Positions 51,021 through 59,838 of a DNA stretch of 64,000 nt are shown piece by piece. The translations under genes were made by a program, and so were the position numbers. The stretch comes from Chitinophagales bacterium (GTDB taxonomy: Bacteria; Bacteroidota; Bacteroidia; Chitinophagales; Saprospiraceae): the NCBI GenBank assembly GCA_026928325.1, contig JAIXKS010000039.1, forward strand, positions 66,929 to 130,928, read 5' to 3'. The first letter of the stretch is position 1; every line of letters begins with the position of its first letter. Under the pieces are notes generated by a model, which searched no databases, had not been told where the DNA came from, and saw only the letters and a list, made by a program, of their open reading frames with translations.

Positions 51021-51997
51021 CCTACACCGCATACTATTTACATTTTAATACACCGCTTCATATTGGCGATTATAAACCGGAAAGTTATGAAAAGTCTGAA
51101 TCGTTTTTACGGAGCGATACCATTGTAGCTGCGATTATATCAGCATGGGCTAAGTCGGGGCATGAAGATTGGATAGGTGATGGAGACTTACCTTTTACTA
51201 TAAGTAGTGCTTTCCCGTTTTTTTGTGCTAATGGTAATGAAGTGATGTTTTTTCCGCGGCTAAAGAGTAGCTTTAAAATAAAAGACCACGACTCAACTTT
51301 GTCAAAAGCAATAAAAAAGATAACCTGGCTCGATCAGTATTATTTTGAAAAAGTGATAAATAATGAAGATGTCTCTGAAAAGTTGTCTGATTTTATACGA
51401 GGAGATTTTTTGTCAAAAATAGCATTGCCGCAAGGAGGTTTTATGCAAAAACAAGTCAGCGAACGAGTGCAAATACCAAGAGAACGCAATGAAGACAATC
51501 AAAGTGAACCGTTTTATATGGAAAGGATATACTTTGAAAAGGGAGGTTTGTATTTTCTAGCTACCGGCGATGGATTAGATCGTTTAGAAAAAGCATTAAA
51601 CTTATTGCAGTATGAAGGCTTTGGCACAGATAGAAGCATCGGCAATGGTTTCTTTGAATGGAATAAGGGTGAGGTGGAGCTATCGCTACCCGATAATACT
51701 TCTTACGCTGCATCTTTGGGACTATATGTACCTGAAAGCAGGGATAAACTCACAGCCGAACTGGATGATAATACCTCCTATGACCTCATCAAACGTGGTG
51801 GCTGGATCACTACGGATGGTTATCAGTCATTTGAGAAGAACAGCATTTATATGTTTACAGAAGGATCTGTATTTAAAAAACATGAGCGTATTGACGGAAA
51901 AGGTAGTATCGACTTGTCTCCTTCTGATATTCCGAAAATACTCGATCACAAGATTTACAGAAGTGGCAAAACCATTTTTATACCTGTTAAACTTTAA
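51017..51997 (+). CDS. csm4: type III-A RAMP subunit Csm4
   Basis: 326 aa; N-terminal YLHFNTPLHIGD...LRSDTIVAAIISAW and G-rich loop GFGTDRSIGNG. Confidence 0.85.
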   Translation: MTYTAYYLHFNTPLHIGDYKPESYEKSESFLRSDTIVAAIISAWAKSGHEDWIGDGDLPFTISSAFPFFCANGNEVMFFPRLKSSFKIKDHDSTLSKAIKKITWLDQYYFEKVINNEDVSEKLSDFIRGDFLSKIALPQGGFMQKQVSERVQIPRERNEDNQSEPFYMERIYFEKGGLYFLATGDGLDRLEKALNLLQYEGFGTDRSIGNGFFEWNKGEVELSLPDNTSYAASLGLYVPESRDKLTAELDDNTSYDLIKRGGWITTDGYQSFEKNSIYMFTEGSVFKKHERIDGKGSIDLSPSDIPKILDHKIYRSGKTIFIPVKL

Positions 51998-52000
51998 GAG

Positions 52001-53452
52001 ATGACCAACATTGGCAAGACAATAATAAAAGGCAAAGTCAGGATTGTAACTCCGGTACATATCGGTGGAGCTCAAGAGAAACACCTAATGAGTGGCTTAG
52101 ATTATTTGAATAAAGATAATAAAATATTTTTCTTTGACGATAAGAAACTAATTAAGGAGTTTGGAATTGATAATTACAGCAATGCTTTGAGTGAAAACGG
52201 ATTAAGAGAACTTATCAAAAATAGACATAGAGATATTGAAGATTTTTCAAATAAACAAGCTACCATTACAGGCGTAGTTGGATTAGATATCAAAGCGAAT
52301 ATCAAAAATGCGTTAAGTGGTAAACCAATCATACCTGGAAGTTCGCTGAAAGGCTCACTGAGGTCGGTACTTTATAATCTAGCAGAAGGTGGCAGAAACA
52401 ACCGTAATGTATTCGGAAGAATAGAGGTAGATATGTTCCGTTTCTTGATAGTAGGGGATATTGAGTTTAATAGATCGACATATATAAACACAAAGATTTA
52501 TAATCTTAGGACTGCACGAGAAAATGGAGGTGGGTGGAAAAATGCATGGCAAAATAATACGACTGAACATTTTAATGAAAATGGATTCACCACGGCTCAT
52601 GAAGTCATCGAGAAAGATGATTTTTCAGATTTTGAGATAATAATTAATAATAAGGCGTTTGAAAAAGCGTTGGTAGAAGGGAAAGTTATGGCGCCTGCAA
52701 ATGTTAAAAATATTTTTATCGGCCAAGCAGACTTATTTGAAATTATCAAAGAATACACAAAGAATTATCTTAAAGCAGAAATAGCGTTCTTCGAAAAGTA
52801 TAAAGGACAACATTCAGACGTTATTATTGCAGAGCTAAATAGACTTTTGGCACTTAATGAAAACTCGCCATTGCTCAGGCTTGGCCTCGGTTCTGGCTTT
52901 CATGCTATGACGGGAGATACGCTTCATGATTCGCATTTGATAGACAGTATTCATATGATTGGGAATCGTTCAAGAGGAACATTAAACAGATATGACTCTG
53001 CAAAATCTCGCAAATTAGCATTTGAAAAAATTGGGGAGGAATTCAAGTTTTATCCAATGGGATTTATTCAGCTCTTTTCAGATGAAGATTGGATTAAGGA
53101 TGCAGATAAATTGATAAAGGAGCAAGAAGCATCGAAAATACAAGAGCAAGCTAAAATAGCAGAAGAAAAGGCACGTCAAGAAAAGGAACAAGCGTTAAAA
53201 GAAGAAGCAATGAAGCCTAAAATGGTGGAATTATCGTTTTTAGGCAACAGACCGAAATGGGTAGATGCAAAAGTTGTAGCTCAAAGAGGTACTCAACTAA
53301 TATTTAAACCTTTTATTTTAGGTTTTGAAGATAAAGAATTTGATTTGAGGTATGGGATTGGAATGGATGAAGGTACGATCATTCAAGTAGAATGCACGAA
53401 ACAAGGAAATAATATTAGATTTCAAGGGTCTCCACGTAAAAAACAGGGATAG
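52001..53452 (+). CDS. csm5: type III-A RAMP subunit Csm5 with ~120-aa C-terminal extension
   Basis: 483 aa; VRIVTPVHIGG, IIPGSSLKGSLRS, LGLGSGF RAMP motifs up to ~aa 358, then a Lys/Glu-rich helix and a ~75-aa extra domain. Confidence 0.75.
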   Translation: MTNIGKTIIKGKVRIVTPVHIGGAQEKHLMSGLDYLNKDNKIFFFDDKKLIKEFGIDNYSNALSENGLRELIKNRHRDIEDFSNKQATITGVVGLDIKANIKNALSGKPIIPGSSLKGSLRSVLYNLAEGGRNNRNVFGRIEVDMFRFLIVGDIEFNRSTYINTKIYNLRTARENGGGWKNAWQNNTTEHFNENGFTTAHEVIEKDDFSDFEIIINNKAFEKALVEGKVMAPANVKNIFIGQADLFEIIKEYTKNYLKAEIAFFEKYKGQHSDVIIAELNRLLALNENSPLLRLGLGSGFHAMTGDTLHDSHLIDSIHMIGNRSRGTLNRYDSAKSRKLAFEKIGEEFKFYPMGFIQLFSDEDWIKDADKLIKEQEASKIQEQAKIAEEKARQEKEQALKEEAMKPKMVELSFLGNRPKWVDAKVVAQRGTQLIFKPFILGFEDKEFDLRYGIGMDEGTIIQVECTKQGNNIRFQGSPRKKQG

Positions 53453-53499
53453 GGAACTATATTTGTTTTTCATGCGTTTTACATTCAAAATTCATGCTT

Positions 53500-53751
53500 A
53501 TGCCGATCTTACAAATTCGTAATCTACCACAAAAGCTTTATGATGAGTTGAAAGCTTCAGCGGATAAATCTCGGCGGTCACTTACTCAGGAAGCGATCGT
53601 TTTACTTGAAAAGGGGCTTCAACTTTCTTCTATCAATACGACTAGCGATAAAAATCAATTGCTAAAGCGTTTATTGGAAGATGTCAATAAGCCGTCTTTT
53701 TGTAGTGAAGACGCTACTGAATGGATTAGAAATGATCGAGATAGCAGATGA
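53500..53751 (+). CDS. ribbon-helix-helix antitoxin (VapB/FitA-like)
   Basis: MPILQIRNLPQKLYDELKASADKSRRSLTQEAIVLLEKGL, an Arc/MetJ-type RHH; 4-nt overlap with the PIN gene. Confidence 0.7.
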   Translation: MPILQIRNLPQKLYDELKASADKSRRSLTQEAIVLLEKGLQLSSINTTSDKNQLLKRLLEDVNKPSFCSEDATEWIRNDRDSR

Positions 53752-54143
53752 ATATCGTTTTAGATACAAGTGCTGCTGTGCGTGTTGTTTTAGATCGAGA
53801 TATTCATCTTATTAAAATCTTACAGCAAGCTGAACACATATTTGTGCCTCATTTGTTTTTTGCAGAAGTAGGTAATGTGTTTCTAAAATATTATCAGTTT
53901 CAGAATATGCATCCAGAAGCTTGTAAATTGTATATGATGCAATGTCGGCAGCTCATTACTGATGTCGTAGATGAATACACTTTTAATGAAGAAGTGTTTG
54001 ATATAGCGACTAAAAATCAGTTGAGTTTTTATGATGCAATATACTTGGCTATGGCAAAAAAGTTGGCAGCTAATCTTCTTACCGAAGATAAAAAATTGAA
54101 CGATGTTGCATCAAAACTTGGTTTAGTAGCCAAGGAGGTTTAA
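53748..54143 (+). CDS. vapC: PIN-domain toxin VapC
   Basis: 131 aa; IVLDTSA (first acidic residue), FAEVGNV, SFYDAIYLAMA, LLTEDKKL. Confidence 0.85.
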   Translation: MNIVLDTSAAVRVVLDRDIHLIKILQQAEHIFVPHLFFAEVGNVFLKYYQFQNMHPEACKLYMMQCRQLITDVVDEYTFNEEVFDIATKNQLSFYDAIYLAMAKKLAANLLTEDKKLNDVASKLGLVAKEV

Positions 54144-54190
54144 TTACTCTATAAATATTTTTTCTTTATCATGAGCATAGAAAAGATCAT

Positions 54191-55018
54191 ATGAAAATTT
54201 TATTAACAAATCTCGGTAATCGAAACATCACTTTTCAAGGCAAAACGTATAATGAATGGGATATAAGCAATCAAAATCACAAGCATTTTGTCAATTTTGC
54301 TAATTGGACTAAAAAGCTCAATGATGATTTTGAGAAAGAAAAGGCTTTTTTAGATATTAATATCATCAATCCTATTATCAATCAAAAGGAAAATTATGAT
54401 TATATCGTACTCTATTACACCGACCAAAGTGATTATGAGACAAGAACAGATCAAGATACAATTCATGAAGCTGCTATCATTAAAAGAATACTGATTGACC
54501 GATATGAGTATATAGAAGATAGAATCATAACTATCGCTGTAAAATCAAAAGTCATAGATAATGGAGGATTACTTAAATTTTATAGATCTGAATTGACACG
54601 CATTAAAAAGAAGTATGATGCTCCATTTATCACTATTTGTGATGCTGGAGGAACAGCTCAACAAAAAATGGCATTAAAAGTCATCGCAGAATATGTATTT
54701 GATGCGAGCCAATATGAAATCTTGTATGTCGAAAAGAACTCATTGATTACGGATGTCAATGTGAATGAATATAGAAAAGTGATAAATTCAGAGCAGGCTA
54801 TTAGTTTGATAAAACATGGTGAATTTGGAGCTGCCGCAGAGCTTTTGGATTATAAGGAAATACTTAATTTTCAAAAAGCCCAGAAATATGATTGGAAAGG
54901 GAAGGTTATGGCTCATGTTATTTATAGGTTTAATCAAAATAAGAATGAGGCAAAACATATTTTAGGAAATTTGCAAGTTTCTAACGAACTATTGAAAAAT
55001 TATATGGCGGATTCAAGT
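54191..55018 (+). pseudogene. csm6: csm6-type CARF-HEPN effector, 5' fragment (CARF domain), truncated by IS insertion
   Basis: Rossmann-like MKILLTNLGNRN start and CARF loop ICDAGGTAQQKMAL. The frame runs 11 codons into the IS and stops. Confidence 0.75.
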
Positions 55019-55993
55019 CATAAATGCAACTTTTCCGTCATTATTAATTAAATGCAAATGTACTTGATTTGGAGATAAAAATCCAAATCTTTTTCTTGGT
55101 CTATTGTTTAGTTTATCTTCTACATATTCGATATCATCATTTGTGATTAAATTAAAGTCGTAATTCTTTGGGAAATACTGTCTTACCAACCCATTAAAGT
55201 TTTCATTTGCTCCTCTTTCCCAACTATGATAAGGTCTTGCGAAGAAATAATCTATCTCCAATTCTGTTGCGATTTCTTTGTGTAAAGCAAATTCTTTTCC
55301 ATTATCGGAGGTAATGGTTTTCAAAAAGGACTTCCATTCTGTAAGGATTTCAATTGCCTTTTGCTTGGTCTCTTCCGATGACTTTGACTCTAATAATGCC
55401 ATTTTTGCTTTTCCTGTTACCCTGTCATTTGCCGTCAATATTGCCCTTTTGTGATTTTTCCCAATTACTAAATCTATTTCCACATCTCCTATTCTGACTT
55501 TTTCTTCTACTATTTTAGGTCGATTTTCAATACTTACTTTATCAGGAATTTGCCCCCGTTTATCCTTTGAAGCTCCTCTTTTACGGTATCTTTTGCCCTT
55601 TGTCCGCAAGTGTGTGTAAAGATTGCCGCCCTGTCTTTTGTCTGACCAAATATGTTGGTAAATTCGCTCTATTGACACGCAATCGTCTCCTTGAAGTTTA
55701 GAAAATCCTACGACTTGCTCCGGACTGTAATCTTGTCGGAGTAATTCTTCTACATTTTCCTGAATTTCAGCGGTAAATCTGATTTTCTTCTTTTTTGTTT
55801 TATGCCTGTTAGCACATTTTCTTTCCGCCAATTCGGCTTTGTACTTACCACTTCTTTGGTCACAATTCCTTTTCAGTTCTCTACTCACAACTGACTTATC
55901 CCGATTAATTCTTTTAGCTATTTCACTTTGTGAAAAACCTTCTTCTTTTAATACTTGAATTGTGTATCTTTGTGCTACGGTTAAATGTCCCAT
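55013..55993 (-). CDS. IS30-family DDE transposase
   Basis: 326 aa; N-terminal HTH (GFSQSEIAKRINRDKSVVSRELKRN), DDE region ...DLVIG...TSDNGKEF...ERGANENFNGLVRQYFPK. The stop codon lies in the left TCAAGT repeat. Confidence 0.9.
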   Translation of the reverse strand: MGHLTVAQRYTIQVLKEEGFSQSEIAKRINRDKSVVSRELKRNCDQRSGKYKAELAERKCANRHKTKKKKIRFTAEIQENVEELLRQDYSPEQVVGFSKLQGDDCVSIERIYQHIWSDKRQGGNLYTHLRTKGKRYRKRGASKDKRGQIPDKVSIENRPKIVEEKVRIGDVEIDLVIGKNHKRAILTANDRVTGKAKMALLESKSSEETKQKAIEILTEWKSFLKTITSDNGKEFALHKEIATELEIDYFFARPYHSWERGANENFNGLVRQYFPKNYDFNLITNDDIEYVEDKLNNRPRKRFGFLSPNQVHLHLINNDGKVAFMT

Positions 55994-56138
55994 TTATTGC
56001 GAATTTTGGACGAGGAGCAAAATGAGGAAATTTTACCATTCAGAAAAGGAGAGGAGAGTTTTTCTCTTCTCTTTTCTGAAAAAAATTATCCCTTATTTCT
56101 TTCCTACCAAAAGTTGCATTTATTAGTTGAACTCAAGT
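55013..56138 (-). mobile_element. IS30-family insertion sequence (coordinates include both flanking TCAAGT direct repeats)
   Basis: Inverted repeats ATAAATGCAACTTTT (55020..55034) and AAAAGTTGCATTTAT (56109..56123); TCAAGT at 55013..55018 and 56133..56138; single transposase ORF. Confidence 0.85.
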
Positions 56139-56750
56139 ATCCATGAAAATGCTTTTTCAAATAATACAGAATTGGAGGAGATGTTTGGAAGTGATTGGAT
56201 TGATATCACAGAAAAACTCTATAAAAGTATATTTTATTACAATCGTAAAAATTTTAGTCTATCGATACTTTCATTTTCTCAATTTTATGAATATTTCTTA
56301 GAGAAAATTATCCCAGTGATTTTACCTATCGAAATTTATGGAAAGACTAATGCCCAAAATGCTGAACAATATTTTAACTTTAATGGCCTTTTTGAAGAAT
56401 ATTATGCTGATTATTTACGGAAAAGACCCGAATTTAAGCCGAAAATAGAGAGTGTCAATTCTGGAATAATGGTTGTTAAAGCTTTGACAAAAGGTTCTGC
56501 TAAAGACTTTACAAAGATGATTTCTCCGTATATTGATTTTACAGATGATTGTATTTACGGGAAAGCTTTACTTAATGTAACTAGAAACCAAATTGCACAT
56601 CAAGGTAAGTTTATTTCAGAAAGTGATATTTCAAAGAAGCTGAGTTATTATCCGAATTTATTAAGTCGTACAGCTGAGATTTTTCAGTTGACTAGGGCTG
56701 ATTTGTTTAGCGATCTTGGAGATTTGTTAGAAAACAATTTAAGGAATTGA
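56133..56750 (+). pseudogene. csm6: csm6-type CARF-HEPN effector, 3' fragment (HEPN domain)
   Basis: HEPN R-x4-H motif in LLNVTRNQIAHQG. Reading frame is continuous with 54191..55018 once 55019..56138 is removed. Confidence 0.75.
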
Positions 56751-56753
56751 CTT

Positions 56754-58520
56754 ATGGCTGTTCTCCTTGGCATAACAGATTCCAAAGACATTACATTAGT
56801 TCAAGCAATATTGCTTTTAAAAAGTAAAGGAATAGTAATTGATAATGTTAAATATATTAGGACTGGAGGACTAGAAATTGATCGTAAGGCTGAAATGTTT
56901 TACAATAACTTTAAAATCAATTTTGTAGTTTCTTCACTTCCTCAAGGAGGCAAATTACAAAAAGAGGATGATTACCTTGTACAAGAAGATGAGTTGTTTA
57001 AATGGTATTTAGAATCAACTCATGGCTTCGATAAAATATATGTTTTTATTGGTGGAGGGCATAAGCTGCATTCATTGGCCTTGCAAAAATGTGCATTTTT
57101 ATTTGGAGCTGAAGAGGTTTTCCACATGTTTATAGATGTTCCTAGAGAACATGAGCCTAAATCAATTTCCGATATCGAAATTGCTATTAAAAACAATCAG
57201 ATTCTTTATGCGAACATTGGTAAGCATTTGGCTTGGCCGGCTATAAAAAAATTGGTTCAACAAAATATCACAGCACCTAATCTAATAAGGGAAGTTATTG
57301 GAATAATCGGCAGTCGTGCAGTGTCACAAGTTAATGAATTGCCATTTGAATCTTTACAGTTGTTACCAGCTATGGCAATGCAATGGCTACAAGGTAGGTT
57401 AGTGGAGCGTGATTATGATTTTATTAAAATGCTACCTAAAGTAGAGTTGCATTGTCATCTTGGTGGGTTTGCTTCTGACGGAGATGCTCTAGATATCGTT
57501 AGAGCAAGCTATGAAGGGAATATTCCGTTACGAGAAAAGCATGTTATTTCGTATCCAGAGAATTGGCCTCTTCCTAAAAAGCCCATTGAATTAGACAAAT
57601 ATATGAATTTAGGTGATAACACTGGATCTTATATTCTACATAATAAAGGATGCCTTGAAAAACAAATTGAACTTTTATACAGTCATTTTTTAGAACAAAA
57701 CATTGGCTATGCAGAAGTTAGATGTTCTCCTTATAATTATGCTAGTGATAAATATTCCGGATTTGAAATTGTACAAATCATTATTGATAAGTTTAATGAG
57801 CTCATGGACCTTGCTAAAGAACATGAATTTTGGTGTCATGTCAATTTATTAATTATTGCTACCCGGACAGACCTAAAAAATACGCAAAAAATTCAAAATC
57901 ATTTAGAGTTGGCTACTGTAGCAGAATCTAAAAGTAGTACTAAGGGATTGTGTAAAATTGTTGGCGTTGATTTAGCAGGCTTTGAGCATCCTTCGACAAG
58001 GGCATCCTACTATACCAATCTTTTTGATCCAATCCATAGAAAGGGAATTGCTTTAACGATCCATGCAGGTGAGAATGATGAATCAGAGGCTATTTGGGAT
58101 GCCGTATTTAGATTGAATACGAGAAGGATTGGTCATGGACTACACCTTTATCAAGATGCTAATCTTTTAAAGTCAGTCATAAATCGAGGAATCGGCGTTG
58201 AAATGTGTCCCTACGCCAATTATCAAATCAAAGGATACGCTCCTATGGAAAATCAAAGCAAAGTTTATCCTTTACTTGATTATTTGAATCAAGGAGCTCA
58301 AGTTACTGTAAATACTGATAATATAGGTATAAGTTCAGCATCTCTCACAGATAATATAATCCTTTTGTCGAAATTGAACCCAGATATTACTAGAATTCAG
58401 ATATTGCAATTGGTTAGAAATGGAATCAACCAAGCATTTATTGATGTCAGTTTGCGTAATAAATTTATCGAAATTTATAATGAACGAATTTTTAAGTTGA
58501 TTCTAGAATTTACGCTATAA
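56754..58520 (+). CDS. cad1: CARF domain-adenosine deaminase fusion (Cad1-type CRISPR ancillary effector)
   Basis: 588 aa. The N-terminal ~215 aa are Rossmann-like with the loop VFIGGGHKLHSLAL. The C-terminal deaminase has VELHCHLGG, GVDLAGFE, LTIHAGE, RIGHGLHL, EMCPYANY, VNTDN. Confidence 0.85.
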   Translation: MAVLLGITDSKDITLVQAILLLKSKGIVIDNVKYIRTGGLEIDRKAEMFYNNFKINFVVSSLPQGGKLQKEDDYLVQEDELFKWYLESTHGFDKIYVFIGGGHKLHSLALQKCAFLFGAEEVFHMFIDVPREHEPKSISDIEIAIKNNQILYANIGKHLAWPAIKKLVQQNITAPNLIREVIGIIGSRAVSQVNELPFESLQLLPAMAMQWLQGRLVERDYDFIKMLPKVELHCHLGGFASDGDALDIVRASYEGNIPLREKHVISYPENWPLPKKPIELDKYMNLGDNTGSYILHNKGCLEKQIELLYSHFLEQNIGYAEVRCSPYNYASDKYSGFEIVQIIIDKFNELMDLAKEHEFWCHVNLLIIATRTDLKNTQKIQNHLELATVAESKSSTKGLCKIVGVDLAGFEHPSTRASYYTNLFDPIHRKGIALTIHAGENDESEAIWDAVFRLNTRRIGHGLHLYQDANLLKSVINRGIGVEMCPYANYQIKGYAPMENQSKVYPLLDYLNQGAQVTVNTDNIGISSASLTDNIILLSKLNPDITRIQILQLVRNGINQAFIDVSLRNKFIEIYNERIFKLILEFTL

Positions 58521-58540
58521 TTTCATACATAACTTTTTGA

Positions 58541-59548
58541 TTAATCACTATTATAATATCCCGTCATCCTAGCCGTTTTTTCAGCCATGATGTTTACCAA
58601 TTCGGCAGGTTCTAATACGATAAGGTCGGGGCCGTAGCTCAATAGTCGGTGTATAATTTCATAAGTGATGTAAATGTCTAACGAGAAGCGCGACTTTTGT
58701 TCTGTTTGTTCGACCAATCTCTGTGAGGGATGTATCGGTTTAGAACGAAGATACTTGCTGAGTAAGGGTATCACCTCAAATTCAATATGCTGCACTTGGG
58801 CGTCTTGAATCCTGGTTACGCCATACATGTGTTTAAACCAATTGGCGTGGTTGAAATCTGGAGGTATAAAATAATCGGTTAAAGAAGGCTGAATATCTGC
58901 CATCCGATCTAATGCCAGATTGATGATGACTTCCTTACTATGTAGATATCCGTATAGATACCACCGATTGTTATATTCATGGATAAAGGCTGGTGATAGG
59001 GTATGCGTATCGGGCTCGCCGTCAAATGGTTCGTACTTGATCCGGAGTGTTTGTCGGTTTTTGATATGCTTATACACGGTGTCCAACCATCTTTGCCCAG
59101 CTTCATTCAGGCTATGTTCTAGGTAAATGGATGGCTCTTGATTGATATCGATGCTGAGATTAAGTTTGTCTTCAAGGACAGATAAGGTGTGATGGATATC
59201 TAACAATTTTTCATTTTTAGTCAGTTGCTTGAGCATCAATAAGGCATCTTTGACTTTATCAGCATTGATATTATTTAAGGGAACTTTAAAAATACTAAAC
59301 TTTTTATTGGTGTAGTAATATCCCTTATGTTTGTTATAGGCAATCGGTGCTTCGTACCCTAAGATTCCGGAACGCATTCTTTGGATATCATAGGCAATGG
59401 TTCGCTTCGATGGAGCTATCAGATTTTTATTCCAATCTGCTGCAGCAAGAGCGCAAGCTTCTGATAAGTCTTGCCAATGATTAACGGAGTTCTTTCTTAA
59501 TCGTTGGTCAATAATTTGGTATCTCAATTGTGCATTGATAGAACTCAT
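58541..59548 (-). CDS. WYL-domain transcriptional regulator (wHTH-WYL-WCX)
   Basis: 335 aa; N-terminal wHTH, WYL core LRIKYEPF...HEYNNRWYLYGY, C-terminal ...LIVLEPAELV. Confidence 0.85.
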   Translation of the reverse strand: MSSINAQLRYQIIDQRLRKNSVNHWQDLSEACALAAADWNKNLIAPSKRTIAYDIQRMRSGILGYEAPIAYNKHKGYYYTNKKFSIFKVPLNNINADKVKDALLMLKQLTKNEKLLDIHHTLSVLEDKLNLSIDINQEPSIYLEHSLNEAGQRWLDTVYKHIKNRQTLRIKYEPFDGEPDTHTLSPAFIHEYNNRWYLYGYLHSKEVIINLALDRMADIQPSLTDYFIPPDFNHANWFKHMYGVTRIQDAQVQHIEFEVIPLLSKYLRSKPIHPSQRLVEQTEQKSRFSLDIYITYEIIHRLLSYGPDLIVLEPAELVNIMAEKTARMTGYYNSD

Positions 59549-59600
59549 TTAAGTGATAATTTTAAAGTAAGAGCTAACAAAAATCAAAATTAATCAAATG

Positions 59601-59619
59601 AATGCAAAAATCTTGCATT
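59601..59619. promoter_or_regulatory. candidate operator: palindrome AATGCAA-N5-TTGCATT upstream of the WYL regulator gene
   Basis: Arms identical to 46276..46294. Centre is ~62 nt upstream of the regulator ATG, with an extra TTGCAT half-site at 59632..59637. Confidence 0.5.
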
Positions 59620-59838
59620 GTGGATTTTATATTGCATGTGAATATTAAAAATTATGAAATTCATGTATAATTTTTGTTTTTTGAAGGAACTTTTTACTTC
59701 CATTTATCGATTTATAAATAAAGAACTTTTGATTAGTAAAAAATTACAATTTTCGGTGTTTGGTATAAAACCTCGATTTGAAAACTATAAAAAGATTCTA
59801 AAATCTAATTTTTTTTGAATAACTAATTCTTTTTCTCT

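Noticed and set aside
51612-52004. 130-aa plus-strand ORF in an alternative frame of csm4
   Set aside because: It lies fully inside csm4, whose own frame carries the RAMP motifs. The alternative frame has no features.
49926-53452. Reading the effector genes as type III-B (Cmr2-Cmr5-Cmr4-Cmr3-Cmr6)
   Set aside because: The gene order (cas10, small subunit, ~215-aa Csm3-like RAMP, Csm4-like, Csm5-like) and the N-terminal motifs fit Csm (III-A). There is no Cmr1 or Cmr6 pair.
55020-56123. The heptamer AATGCAA/TTGCATT also occurs in the IS30 inverted repeats, suggesting a link to the candidate WYL operator
   Set aside because: In the IS the two copies are 1.1 kb apart, as the terminal repeats of the element, and not in a 7-N5-7 arrangement. 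An AT-rich heptamer is expected many times in 64 kb, so this is treated as coincidence.
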